Source: Chloroflexota bacterium (lineage in GTDB: Bacteria > Chloroflexota > Limnocylindria > P2-11E). Taken from it: a stretch of DNA of 64,000 bases. The stretch is from assembly GCA_005889075.1 (NCBI GenBank), contig VBDQ01000024.1, positions 6,522 through 70,521 on the forward strand, read 5' to 3'. The notes under the pieces are model-generated. The model saw only the letters and a program-made list of their open reading frames with translations, made no database searches and had not been told where the DNA came from. Both the position numbers and the translations under genes were made by a program. Shown piece by piece: positions 29,106 to 39,172 of this stretch (the stretch's first letter is position 1; each line of letters begins with the position of its first letter).

Positions 29106-29380
29106 TCCTCGTCTTCCACGAGCCGCATCGGCGACTCCTCGCCCGGCCGGATCAGGAATCCGTAGTCGTCCTGCACCGCTTGTTCGAGCTCGAACCCGTG
29201 TCGAGCGAGCTGGTCGAGCTCGTCCGCTCGCTCGCGGAACCGTGCCGCCGCCTCAGCGAGCGTGGTCGCGCCATCCATCGTCCACTTCGCGCGGACGGTG
29301 CAGTGCCCCCAGTCACGCCACTCCTCCATCCAGTCGTCGATCCAGCTCTCGTCGATCACCCGGCGGAACGCGGCATCCAT
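29102..29380 (-). CDS. small acidic hypothetical protein (paralogue)
   Basis: 92 aa, aligns with the 28851..29105 product at roughly 40-45 percent identity by eye. Confidence 0.5.
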   Translation of the reverse strand: MDAAFRRVIDESWIDDWMEEWRDWGHCTVRAKWTMDGATTLAEAAARFRERADELDQLARHGFELEQAVQDDYGFLIRPGEESPMRLVEDEE

Positions 29381-29410
29381 ACCGGCTCATACATCGGCGC
29401 GTGCTTGCGC

Positions 29411-30298
29411 TCAGGGGACGGGGGTCGTCTTCGTTTCCTTCGAGAAGGGAGAGATGTCCAAGCCATAGAGACGCGCCCAGGTCCCGTCGCGGATGGCGCC
29501 AGCGAGCCAGCCGTCGATGAAGGAGAGGAACCCTTCCCGGTCGTTGGCGGCGCTCTTCTTGACGCCGATGGCGTGCTCTTCGGTGGTGAGGTAACGGCCC
29601 ACCAGCTTCGTCCCCGGGTCCTCTTTCATGAGCTGCCAGCACGTCGCCTCGTCGGCCACGATCGCGTCGACTTGACTCCGCCGGAGCGCGCCAAGGCACG
29701 AGGCGTAGGAGTCGAGCGTGAGGGTCTTCGCGAACTCATTCGCCATCTGGACGTCATCACCGACAGAAGTGCCCTGCGTGACGCACACGGTCTGCGAGTC
29801 GAGATCGGGGATGTCCTTGATCTCGTCATTCGTCGCCGCGATGAGGATCCGCTCGCCGCTCAACAGGTACGGATCCGAGAGGTCCACCGCCGAAGAGCTC
29901 GCGGGCGTCGGGATGATCGACGCGAACGAGACATCCGCGGCGGGGCTCGGTAAGCCCGCCAGCGCATTCACGGCGGTCGAGCGGTCGACCGCGACCCACT
30001 CGATGACCGAATCCTCGTTCGGCAGCGGCCCGAAGATGGCCTTCGCCAGCTCGCGTCCGAGATCAGCCTCGAACCCGCTGTACGTGCCATTCGGCTCGCG
30101 AAATGCGAACGGCGGCGCGTTTTCGAGCACGGCGATGCGGATCTTGCCTTTCGTCTGCAGGGCGTACATGTACGAGGCGAGCTCGAAGCGGGGCCGGGCT
30201 GCGCTTGGCCTCGCCGTCGGCGTAGGTGAGCTCGTCCCTTGCTGGGGCAGACACGAGACGAGAGCGATGCCGACGAGAGCGAGCGCCACCAACCTCAT
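29411..30298 (-). CDS. amino-acid ABC transporter substrate-binding lipoprotein (family 3)
   Basis: ATG at 30298 gives MRLVALALVGIALVSC (lipobox). The body resembles polar amino-acid SBPs (IRIAVLENAPPFAF, GFEADL). Confidence 0.75.
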   Translation of the reverse strand: MRLVALALVGIALVSCLPQQGTSSPTPTARPSAARPRFELASYMYALQTKGKIRIAVLENAPPFAFREPNGTYSGFEADLGRELAKAIFGPLPNEDSVIEWVAVDRSTAVNALAGLPSPAADVSFASIIPTPASSSAVDLSDPYLLSGERILIAATNDEIKDIPDLDSQTVCVTQGTSVGDDVQMANEFAKTLTLDSYASCLGALRRSQVDAIVADEATCWQLMKEDPGTKLVGRYLTTEEHAIGVKKSAANDREGFLSFIDGWLAGAIRDGTWARLYGLDISPFSKETKTTPVP

Positions 30299-30309
30299 CT
30301 CACGAGCGT

Positions 30310-31152
30310 ATGCCCGCCCTAGCGGGCGGTAGGCTCGCCAGGGTGAGCGAATTCTTCGCCGCGGCACGGGACGCGCTGCGCTCGCTGCCCGGCGAAGCGA
30401 GCGCATTCGCCTGCGATCTCGATGGTCGCGAGCTTTTCTGCGAACGCGCGGACGAGTTGTTCCCCGCGGCCTCGGTGATCAAGCTCCCGTTGGTCATGGC
30501 GCTCTATGCGGACGCGGCGCGTGGACACATCGACCTCGAGGAGCGCCTACCGGTCGGCGATCGGATCGATGGCAGCGGCGTGCTGAGGCATCTTCGCGAC
30601 GTCGAGACGTCGAGCCTCCGGGACCTCGCGATGCTCGCGATCATCGTCTCCGACAACACCGCCACGAACAGGCTGATCGAGCGCTTTGGGATCGCTCGGG
30701 TGAACGAGCGAATGCGCGAATGGGGTTGTCCGCACAGCCTCCTCGCCCGCGCCATGTTCGACTTCGAAGCGGCGAAGCGCGGCCACGAGAACGTCATGAC
30801 CGCTCGCGAGACGGCCGCGCTGCTGCTGCGACTGATGCGCGGCGAGTGCGAGGGCCGCGCGGCGAGCGATGCCGTCCTCGCGCTGCTGGCGCAATGCCAG
30901 GACCGGTCGATGCTGCGCCGCTACCTGCCGCACGGCGCAAAGGTGGCGCACAAGACGGGAACCCTCGACGAATCGCGCAACGACGCCGGGATCATCACCG
31001 GCGAGCCGACGATCGTGGTGGCGGGGTTCACGCGCCGCCTGCGCGATACCGAGGCCGCTGTCTCTTGGCTGGGCGTGCTGGGATGGTGCGCATACCGCGC
31101 CGCCGGTCACGAGGGCGCACCCCTTCCCCCGGAGCTGGTCCGTACTGCATGA
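30310..31152 (+). CDS. serine hydrolase, class A beta-lactamase-related
   Basis: SxxK (ASVIK), SDN and KTG motifs in order. The start is ATG 30310 or GTG 30343. Confidence 0.7.
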   Translation: MPALAGGRLARVSEFFAAARDALRSLPGEASAFACDLDGRELFCERADELFPAASVIKLPLVMALYADAARGHIDLEERLPVGDRIDGSGVLRHLRDVETSSLRDLAMLAIIVSDNTATNRLIERFGIARVNERMREWGCPHSLLARAMFDFEAAKRGHENVMTARETAALLLRLMRGECEGRAASDAVLALLAQCQDRSMLRRYLPHGAKVAHKTGTLDESRNDAGIITGEPTIVVAGFTRRLRDTEAAVSWLGVLGWCAYRAAGHEGAPLPPELVRTA

Positions 31153-31556
31153 TGCGGGCGATGCATCGGCATCGCGCGCATCGATCACCGCCCACGCGTG
31201 CGCGCCGGTGGCGTTCGGTGGTCGCGCTCGCGCTGTGCCTTTCCGGTCTCGTGCTCGCGGCGGCGTTTGTTGGGATCACCGTGCAGGCGAACGCGCTCGC
31301 ACGCGAGATCACCGGCCTCCACGCCGACATCACGGCGGCGCAGGCGCAGGGTGACGCGCTGCGACAGGTGATCAGCAACCAGCACACGGACGATTACGTC
31401 GTGCAGAAGGCGCGTGATTTCGGGTACATCGGTGCGAACGAGTCCCTGTATGCGGTGCAGAGGAACGAGCAGGGGAGCGCTGGATCTGCGGCGAGCGTGA
31501 AGGCGGGGCCGTCGCGACTCGAGCGGTGGATCGCCTTCTTCTTCGGACCGCGATAG
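31149..31556 (+). CDS. septum formation initiator (FtsB/DivIC-like) protein
   Basis: ATG at 31149 (ATGA overlap). Basic N-terminus, single TM, then a coiled-coil segment. Confidence 0.55.
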   Translation: MMRAMHRHRAHRSPPTRARRWRSVVALALCLSGLVLAAAFVGITVQANALAREITGLHADITAAQAQGDALRQVISNQHTDDYVVQKARDFGYIGANESLYAVQRNEQGSAGSAASVKAGPSRLERWIAFFFGPR

Positions 31557-31594
31557 CGCTGTCGCTGTCACGAGCGAGCCCAGACGAGAACGGA

Positions 31595-31600
31595 TAAAAT
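31595..31600 (+). promoter_or_regulatory. candidate -10 hexamer (TAAAAT) for tRNA-fMet
   Basis: AT-only hexamer in a GC-rich context, ending 6 nt before the tRNA 5' end. No convincing -35. Confidence 0.3.
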
Positions 31601-31605
31601 GAGCG

Positions 31606-31677
<72 letters not shown>

Positions 31678-31758
31678 CAGATGGCGCAGCCGGAAGGCTG
31701 CGCTTCGTTCTCTCTGAGTCCTATTGGCACGCTCTTCGTGTTCTGGTATTCGAGGTCG

Positions 31759-32322
31759 ATGCCCCACAAGGATCCTGAGCGACGTCGCGCCTATGCTCGC
31801 GATTGGATTCGTCACAATCCGGATAAAGCCCGCGCCGCGATGCGACGGTGGCGGGAACGACATCCGACGGAACACAACGAAGATTCGCGCGCCTACTACG
31901 CTCGCCATCGCGAGGCGCTTGCGAAGTACTTCTCGGAGTATCAGCGGACCCACCGCGACCTGAGGCGCGCTCTCGCGGCTCGGCGGCGAGCCCGTAAGGT
32001 CGCAGCGGCCGGACGATACTCGGTGGCGCAATGGCATGCGCTCGCCAGGTTTTGGCTTGGTCGCTGCGCTTATTGCGGGAGCGAGGGACCGCTCGAGGCA
32101 GACCATCGTGTCCCTCTCGCTAGAGGCGGGTCCAATCTGATCGATAACATCCTGCCCGCATGCGGGCCTTGCAATCGTCGCAAGTACGCGATGACCGAAG
32201 CAGAGTTTCTCGAGCGCCTGCGCCGCGACGGGCACCGCGTCCGTCCGCGCCTACGTCCGGGGCTGTGTCCGAAGCACGAGAAACACCAGAGCGGCGATGA
32301 GCAAGATGGGGAGCATGCTTAG
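31759..32322 (+). CDS. HNH endonuclease (phage-like)
   Basis: ATG at 31759. C-terminal CAYCG...EADHRVPLARGG...DNILPACGPCNRRK is an HNH/zinc-finger motif. The N-terminus carries repeated RRAY..(D/H)..(N/H)P.K basic repeats seen in phage HNH proteins. The region looks less GC-rich than its neighbours. Confidence 0.8.
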   Translation: MPHKDPERRRAYARDWIRHNPDKARAAMRRWRERHPTEHNEDSRAYYARHREALAKYFSEYQRTHRDLRRALAARRRARKVAAAGRYSVAQWHALARFWLGRCAYCGSEGPLEADHRVPLARGGSNLIDNILPACGPCNRRKYAMTEAEFLERLRRDGHRVRPRLRPGLCPKHEKHQSGDEQDGEHA

Positions 32323-32868
32323 CAATACCGGGCCGACCGTCTGGAGCGGGCCGTTCGCGTTCTCGTACCTGAGATTCACTTTTTGCGGATGCGTGGCGTT
32401 GTAGTCGAGCACCGCCTTCGCGAAGACCTCGTCCGGCTGTGGGACCGTCGTTCGCTCGCGCGACCCACTCGCGAGCTCGAGAGTCCCCTGCTCTCCAGCG
32501 ATCGTCACGGAAACGACGCGGCCCGCCTGCACGTCCTGGATCGCCGCGCTCATGGGGACGGTAAACACCGAGGGCGTCTGCGATCGGTACGCATAGAGCA
32601 GCATCAAACCGAGCACGACGAACACGAGAACGAGCGCCAGAGTTTGCGCTCCGCGCAGCGCATCGGGTCTACGCGAAGCGCTCACCGGAGGGACCGCGAT
32701 CTCGCCCGACTCCCGGAACCCTACGCACCGGCATGGCGCGCCGCCGACCTCGCGGTAACAGGGACGCTCGATACCTGGCTCTGCCCCGAGAAGTGGGCGC
32801 GCCGCGGCTCGATCGTGCCACCGCCGTGTGTGACCGCAGACCTCACAGATCGCGCGCATATCGAGCAC
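32251..32868 (-). CDS. Cys-rich (zinc-ribbon-like) N-terminal domain fused to an FtsH N-terminal module (TM1-extracytoplasmic domain-TM2); no AAA/protease part
   Basis: 205 aa, starting at GTG 32868 or ATG 32859. Residues about 87-191 align with FtsH residues 4-109 from this window at roughly 60 percent identity by eye. The N-terminus has CEVCGH..WH...C..C.C. Confidence 0.7.
   Translation of the reverse strand: MLDMRAICEVCGHTRRWHDRAAARPLLGAEPGIERPCYREVGGAPCRCVGFRESGEIAVPPVSASRRPDALRGAQTLALVLVFVVLGLMLLYAYRSQTPSVFTVPMSAAIQDVQAGRVVSVTIAGEQGTLELASGSRERTTVPQPDEVFAKAVLDYNATHPQKVNLRYENANGPLQTVGPVLLSMLPILLIAALVFLVLRTQPRT
32296..32610 (-). repeat. diverged inverted duplicate of the ftsH 5' coding region (partner 34420..34737)
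   Basis: Protein-level alignment LLYAYRSQTPSV..SAAIQDVQAGRV..SGSRE..PDE.FAK.VLDYNAT. The nucleotide similarity is also visible. Confidence 0.7.
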
Positions 32869-32878
32869 ACCCGAACTC

Positions 32879-32884
32879 TAGAAT
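32879..32884 (+). promoter_or_regulatory. candidate -10 hexamer (TAGAAT) for tRNA(CAU)-tilS-ftsH
   Basis: TAGAAT lies 14 nt upstream of the tRNA 5' end. No convincing -35. Confidence 0.3.
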
Positions 32885-32897
32885 TGGATCGCAACCC

Positions 32898-32973
32898 GGC
32901 TGGGTAGCTCAGTGGTCAGAGCAGGCGACTCATAACCGCCAGGTCGTGGGTCCAATCCCCACCCCAGCCACCA
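32898..32973 (+). tRNA. tRNA with CAT anticodon, probably tRNA-Ile2 (lysidine-dependent) rather than elongator Met; CCA encoded
   Basis: Acceptor GGCTGGG/CCCAGCC. The D arm and anticodon arm (TAGCTCAGTGGTCAGAGCAGGCGACTCATAACCGCC) are close to E. coli ileX and B. subtilis tRNA-Ile(CAU) as I recall them. The T loop is unusual (TCCAATC) and there is an A31:C39 mismatch. Confidence 0.8.
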
Positions 32974-32974
32974 G

Positions 32975-34363
32975 TTGATCCCAGCGCACATCCGCGCGAC
33001 CGTCCGCGACTACATCCACGCGCACCGCATCCTCGAACCCGGTCCCCTCGTCGTGGCCGTCTCCGGTGGCCCGGACTCCACAGCGCTGTTGCTCCTGCTC
33101 GCCGATCTCGCGGACGAGCTCGGACTCGTGCTCCATGTCGCGCACTTCGACCACCGCACGCGGCCGCGCCAGAACGCGCTCGACGCGGACTTCGTCGCGA
33201 AGCTCGCCAACCGCGTCGGCGCACCGATCCGCGTCGGCCGGGCGGAGCGACCGACGAAGAGCGAGGACGATGCGCGCCAGGCGCGGTACGCGTTCCTGCG
33301 GCGCGCGGCCCGCGAGATCGGCGCGACCGCGATCGCCACAGGGCACACCCGCGACGACCAGGTGGAGACCGTGCTCCTCCACCTCGTGCGCGGTGCGGGT
33401 CTCGCGGGGCTCGCCGGGATGCGACCGCTCCGCGATGGGATCGCGCGGCCGCTCCTCGCCATCGGTCGAGCTGACACCGTCGCCGTGTGTCGCGCGGCTC
33501 GGATCAGTCCACGCATCGATCCGACGAATCGATCGCTTCGCTACGCTCGCAACCGGCTCCGCGCCAAGGTGCTTCCGGAGCTCGCGAAGCTGAACCCGCG
33601 CGTCGTCGACGCGATCGCGCGGTTCGCCGATGCGGCGGCGTCGCTGAACGCGACGGAGGCGAGCGCCGCCGCGGCGTCGCTGGATGGCGCAACAAAGCCT
33701 GAAGGCATCGCGCTCGACGCGCTGCCCGCCGGGGAGCTTCGCGATGGAGCGCTCGCGCTCGCGTGGGCCCGCGCGACCGGCCGGACCCTCGCGGCGCGCC
33801 ATCGTGCCGCACTTTCGCGGCTTGCTGCGACTACGAATGGATCGCGTTCGCTCGATCTTCCGGGTGGCCGCGCCGTACGTGAGTACGGCGTGCTCCGCAT
33901 CGTCACCGCCGAAACCGAGCCCGGCGGCGAGGCCGAGACGCCCCTCGAACCGGGTCGCGACATCGAATGGAACGGCTGGCGGATCTTCTTCGGAACCGCC
34001 GACGAAAGCGCCGCCGACGGAGACAGCGAAGCCTTGGTACCTGAGAACATCCTAAAAAGTCTCGTGGTCCGCCGGCGCGAGGATGGCGACCGGATCGGCG
34101 CCGGCCGGCGCAAGCTCCAGGATCTCTTCACCGATGCGAAAGTCCCCGCGGCGATCAGGCCGTTTTGGCCGGTAATCGCGACCGAAACCGGCGTGTTCTG
34201 GGTCCCGTTCTTGATGCCACCGCCTCGTTCGCACGGCGGAACACGGCTTGCGGTAGCGGCTCCGAAGCAGATGGGGAACGTCCTTTGGGGGCCCCGCGTT
34301 AGGGAAGTAGCATCGAAAGCGGAAGCGACCGCAGGCCGGCCGCGGAAGGGACCATCCAGCTGA
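32975..34363 (+). CDS. tilS: tRNA(Ile)-lysidine synthase
   Basis: TTG at 32975, the only start upstream of the PP-loop VAVSGGPDSTAL. 462 aa. Confidence 0.85.
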   Translation: MIPAHIRATVRDYIHAHRILEPGPLVVAVSGGPDSTALLLLLADLADELGLVLHVAHFDHRTRPRQNALDADFVAKLANRVGAPIRVGRAERPTKSEDDARQARYAFLRRAAREIGATAIATGHTRDDQVETVLLHLVRGAGLAGLAGMRPLRDGIARPLLAIGRADTVAVCRAARISPRIDPTNRSLRYARNRLRAKVLPELAKLNPRVVDAIARFADAAASLNATEASAAAASLDGATKPEGIALDALPAGELRDGALALAWARATGRTLAARHRAALSRLAATTNGSRSLDLPGGRAVREYGVLRIVTAETEPGGEAETPLEPGRDIEWNGWRIFFGTADESAADGDSEALVPENILKSLVVRRREDGDRIGAGRRKLQDLFTDAKVPAAIRPFWPVIATETGVFWVPFLMPPPRSHGGTRLAVAAPKQMGNVLWGPRVREVASKAEATAGRPRKGPSS

Positions 34364-34410
34364 ACCTCGACAACCGGATCTTCAAGAACGGCATCCTGAC
34401 GCTGCTGCTG

Positions 34411-36288
<1,878 letters not shown>

Positions 36289-36354
36289 CACGCTCGGTTA
36301 CCCGACGCACGCATACATAACGAACGGCACGCCGCTTGCTTGTACTGATTGCCG

Positions 36355-36501
36355 GTGGCTGATTTGATCGTCGCGACGTTGGCGCGGTTCGACAAGAGCG
36401 AAGCACTGCGCACCGCCGCGCTCTGGGGGGTCACCGCGCTCCTCGCCGTCGCGTTCCTCGCGCTGCTGATCAGCGACCAGGTGCACGCCGCGAGCTTGTA
36501 G
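36355..36501 (+). CDS. possible small hydrophobic protein (48 aa; not in the ORF track)
   Basis: GTG 36355 (or TTG 36364) to TAG 36499-36501. Encodes ...ALWGVTALLAVAFLALLI.... Supported only by an open frame and hydrophobicity. Confidence 0.2.
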   Translation: MADLIVATLARFDKSEALRTAALWGVTALLAVAFLALLISDQVHAASL

Positions 36502-36523
36502 CACCCGAGCTAGCGTCATCGGC

Positions 36524-37141
36524 GTGCGGCTTTTCATCGCGATCCCCCTGCCCTCGTCTTTGGCCGTACGCGCGTCGCAGCTCATTCCCGAGGGTCTGCC
36601 CGGTCTTCGCCGCGTCCCGCCGGAGAACCTTCACGTCACCCTCGCCTTTCTCGGCTACACGCCCGACGAGCGCCTGCCCGACGCGACGTCCGCGGCGAGC
36701 GTCGGCGCTGCCGAGGTCGGCCCATTCCGCCTCTCCTTTGAAGGTGCGGGGCGTTTCCCGGAGCGGGGCCGGCCGCGCGTGCTCTGGCTCGCCATCACCG
36801 AGGGGCGGGAGAGCCTCCTGCGTTTGGGTACGGCGGTCGCCGCCGCGCTGCGCGCGCGCGACCTGCGGTTCGATGACCGGCCGCTCTCCCCGCACCTGAC
36901 CCTCGCGCGCGTTCCCGACGCCGTTGGCCTGACCGAGGCCCGCGCCGTCGCCGCGGCGGTCGAGCAGCTCCAACCGCCAAAGCTCGCGACCGACGTACGC
37001 GAGATCGTCGTCATGCAGAGCGTTCTCTCGCGGAGCGGCCCGACCTACACCGCGCTATCGCACGCCGCGCTGCGCGGGAGCTCTCCCCCGGGTGATTTCC
37101 GAGCGCTAAACTCGGAATTCACAGAGGGGAGCTTCGAATGA
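36524..37141 (+). CDS. thpR: RNA 2',3'-cyclic phosphodiesterase (2H family, ThpR/LigT)
   Basis: Two H-x-T-x motifs (HVTLAFLG, HLTLARV). Confidence 0.8.
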   Translation: MRLFIAIPLPSSLAVRASQLIPEGLPGLRRVPPENLHVTLAFLGYTPDERLPDATSAASVGAAEVGPFRLSFEGAGRFPERGRPRVLWLAITEGRESLLRLGTAVAAALRARDLRFDDRPLSPHLTLARVPDAVGLTEARAVAAAVEQLQPPKLATDVREIVVMQSVLSRSGPTYTALSHAALRGSSPPGDFRALNSEFTEGSFE

Positions 37142-37833
37142 TCCGCACGGCAGATCCATACCGCGACACGGACGTGATCGATGCGCGCGCGCCACGCACG
37201 AACCAGGCGATCGTGGGGGCGCTCTCGCTGATCGCGGTGATCACGGGTTGGTGGCCGATCCTCGGTGTGGTTGGCGCACAGCTCGCGATCGGCCTCGCGT
37301 TCGGACGGCGGTACTGCGTGCCGTGTCTGCTGTACTTCGAGGTCATCCAGCCCCGGATCGGCGAGGGTCCGATCGAGGACAGCCGCCCGCCGCGCTTCGC
37401 GAACCTCGTCGGGGCGATCTTCCTTCTTGGCGCGACCGCCGCTTACCTCGCTGGATTTGGCGGAGTCGGTCTCGTCCTCGGCACGATCGTTGCCGCGCTC
37501 GCGCTCCTCGCCGCGTCGACCGGACTTTGCGTCGGGTGCGAGATGTACCGGATCGCCGCGAAGACACGCGGAGTCCGCACACGCCGGATCGAGACGGTCG
37601 ACCTCGCTGAGCTTGGTGCGGCAAGCGTGAGCGGCGAGATCGTGGTCGAGTTCACCCATCCGCTGTGCACCGACTGCCGCAGCCTGGAGAAGGAGCTTCG
37701 CGCTTCGGGGCGGACAGTCGTGACGGTCGACGTCTCGCGGCGCCCCGAGCTGGCACGCAAGTACGGGGTCGCGCTCGTGCCGACCGCCGTGTCCGTCGCG
37801 CCGGGCGGCGCGGTCGTCGAGCGGCTCGCCTGA
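37138..37833 (+). CDS. DUF4395 membrane domain fused to a thioredoxin-fold domain
   Basis: 4 TM segments with a PPRFAN motif, CVPC and CVGC pairs, and a C-terminal Trx-like domain with CTDC. Confidence 0.6.
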   Translation: MIRTADPYRDTDVIDARAPRTNQAIVGALSLIAVITGWWPILGVVGAQLAIGLAFGRRYCVPCLLYFEVIQPRIGEGPIEDSRPPRFANLVGAIFLLGATAAYLAGFGGVGLVLGTIVAALALLAASTGLCVGCEMYRIAAKTRGVRTRRIETVDLAELGAASVSGEIVVEFTHPLCTDCRSLEKELRASGRTVVTVDVSRRPELARKYGVALVPTAVSVAPGGAVVERLA

Positions 37834-37849
37834 CCACCCGTCGGATCGA

Positions 37850-38338
37850 ATGGACGACATCCGTACGCCGAAGATCAGCGAGACGCGAGTGGAGCAGCAG
37901 CTCCGCGAGCTTCGCGACTCGGGCGCGCTGCGTGGACTTCCCGGCGAGGGCGCGCCGCTCCCGGCCGATCCCGATGCGGATGCCGGCGATGCGTGGGCGG
38001 CACGACATCTCTCGCGGGGTTCCGCAGCGCGGCCGGCGTGGGCCGACCTACGTCAGGAGATCCAGCACAGGACGGCGGGACTGATCGCGCGGCTCCGCGC
38101 ACACGACGGATGGCTGAGCGCGCGGGCAGCGCTGCTCGAGAGGCTTCCGGCGGAGCGGATCGTCCGCGAGACAGCGCGAACGCGCGAGACCGACCGCCGC
38201 GTCCGCGAAGAGGTCACGGCGGCCGTCGACGAGGTGAACGCGCTCGTGCGCCGGCACAACATCCTGATGAGTGCGCCGTCGCTGCATCTGCCCGTGATCA
38301 CCGTCGACGAGCTGGTCGCCGCGGCGCGCTCGTCCTAG
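37850..38338 (+). CDS. DUF1992 (DnaJC28-like) domain protein
   Basis: N-terminal E.QLRE....G....LPG.G.PL motif typical of DUF1992. Confidence 0.6.
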   Translation: MDDIRTPKISETRVEQQLRELRDSGALRGLPGEGAPLPADPDADAGDAWAARHLSRGSAARPAWADLRQEIQHRTAGLIARLRAHDGWLSARAALLERLPAERIVRETARTRETDRRVREEVTAAVDEVNALVRRHNILMSAPSLHLPVITVDELVAAARSS

Positions 38339-38805
38339 GCGATCGGGACCCGGCGGAGCACCGGCGGACGGACCGGCCCGTGGCGCCGGTAGTTCGCGAA
38401 GGCGTAGCGGTCGCAGGCGATTTCGGCGGCCGAGCCCCAGCCGTCGGTCAGGTAGAGCCACCAGTGACAGAACTCGTGGAGATAAAGGAAGCGGATCACC
38501 TCGCGGCGCGTGCGGAAAAGTACGATGGGCGACCCTTCGCTCCCGAGGTCGACCATCTCGCGGAACGGCAGGAAGGGCTCGGGGACCTGCAGGACGATCT
38601 CGGGCTCGTCCCAGTAGGTGAAGGCCTGCAGATGTGGCGCGGTGCGATAGCGCAGCGGCTTGACCGTGACGCGGTAGCCCGTCGCGGTGGGCAAGCCGCG
38701 CAGGACCTCGCGCAGGCGTGCCGGCGAGTAGCCGCTCAGCGTCGAGCGCACCGTCATCGGCCCGCGCGGGCGGCCTCGGCCGCGGACTGACCTCACGTCC
38801 TCCAA
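38335..38805 (-). CDS. hypothetical protein with an HExxH motif (putative metallopeptidase-like)
   Basis: 156-aa ORF containing LHEFCHW. The start is uncertain: TTG 38805, GTG 38796 or ATG 38757. Confidence 0.45.
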   Translation of the reverse strand: MEDVRSVRGRGRPRGPMTVRSTLSGYSPARLREVLRGLPTATGYRVTVKPLRYRTAPHLQAFTYWDEPEIVLQVPEPFLPFREMVDLGSEGSPIVLFRTRREVIRFLYLHEFCHWWLYLTDGWGSAAEIACDRYAFANYRRHGPVRPPVLRRVPIA

Positions 38806-38924
38806 TCTAATTTGCCGTCGGGCTCGCCCCCATTGCGGTGGAGGGGAGCAGGGGGCCAGGTGCGTCGGGGAGCGGTGCGCGCTACGATTCCTTCGAACGT
38901 CGCTCGAGCGGGAGCGATTAGGCC

Positions 38925-39153
38925 GCGCGATGCCGAAAGAGAACCGGGGTGAGGTGGAAGCCCGGGCGGCGGAGACGGCGCGAATGGGTCCCGCGAGACG
39001 GCGCCCCGAAGCACGCTTAGGGGCGCTCGGAAGCCCTCCGTTATCAAGGGGCGCTCCGTGACCGCGGAGGCTGAGGGTCCGCCAGCGATGGCGTACCGAG
39101 ATCGGGTGGCACCACGAGCCCTCGTCCCGAAATGCGGGCGAGGGTTTTTATTT
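38925..39153 (+). promoter_or_regulatory. T-box leader (tRNA-Trp-sensing transcription attenuator) of the trp/aro operon
   Basis: Conserved T-box sequence CGGGTGGCACCACGAG...CTCGTCCC at 39103-39129. Stem I-like elements are GCGATGCCGAAAGAGAA and a distal hairpin CCGGG-GTGAGGTGGAAG-CCCGG. A candidate specifier GAA-TGG-G has the TGG at 38985-38987. A terminator hairpin follows. Confidence 0.75.
39119..39153 (+). terminator. T-box terminator hairpin
   Basis: CCCTCGTCC...GGGCGAGGG stem (9 bp including one G:U) followed by TTTTTATTT, 20 nt before the trpE ATG. Confidence 0.75.
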
Positions 39154-39172
39154 GCCCGGAAACGAGGATGAG

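Noticed and set aside
30313-30328. The small palindrome CCGCCC-TAGC-GGGCGG between the SBP and serine-hydrolase genes, considered as an operator.
   Set aside because: A 6-bp GC stem is expected by chance in this composition, and it may lie inside the hydrolase CDS.
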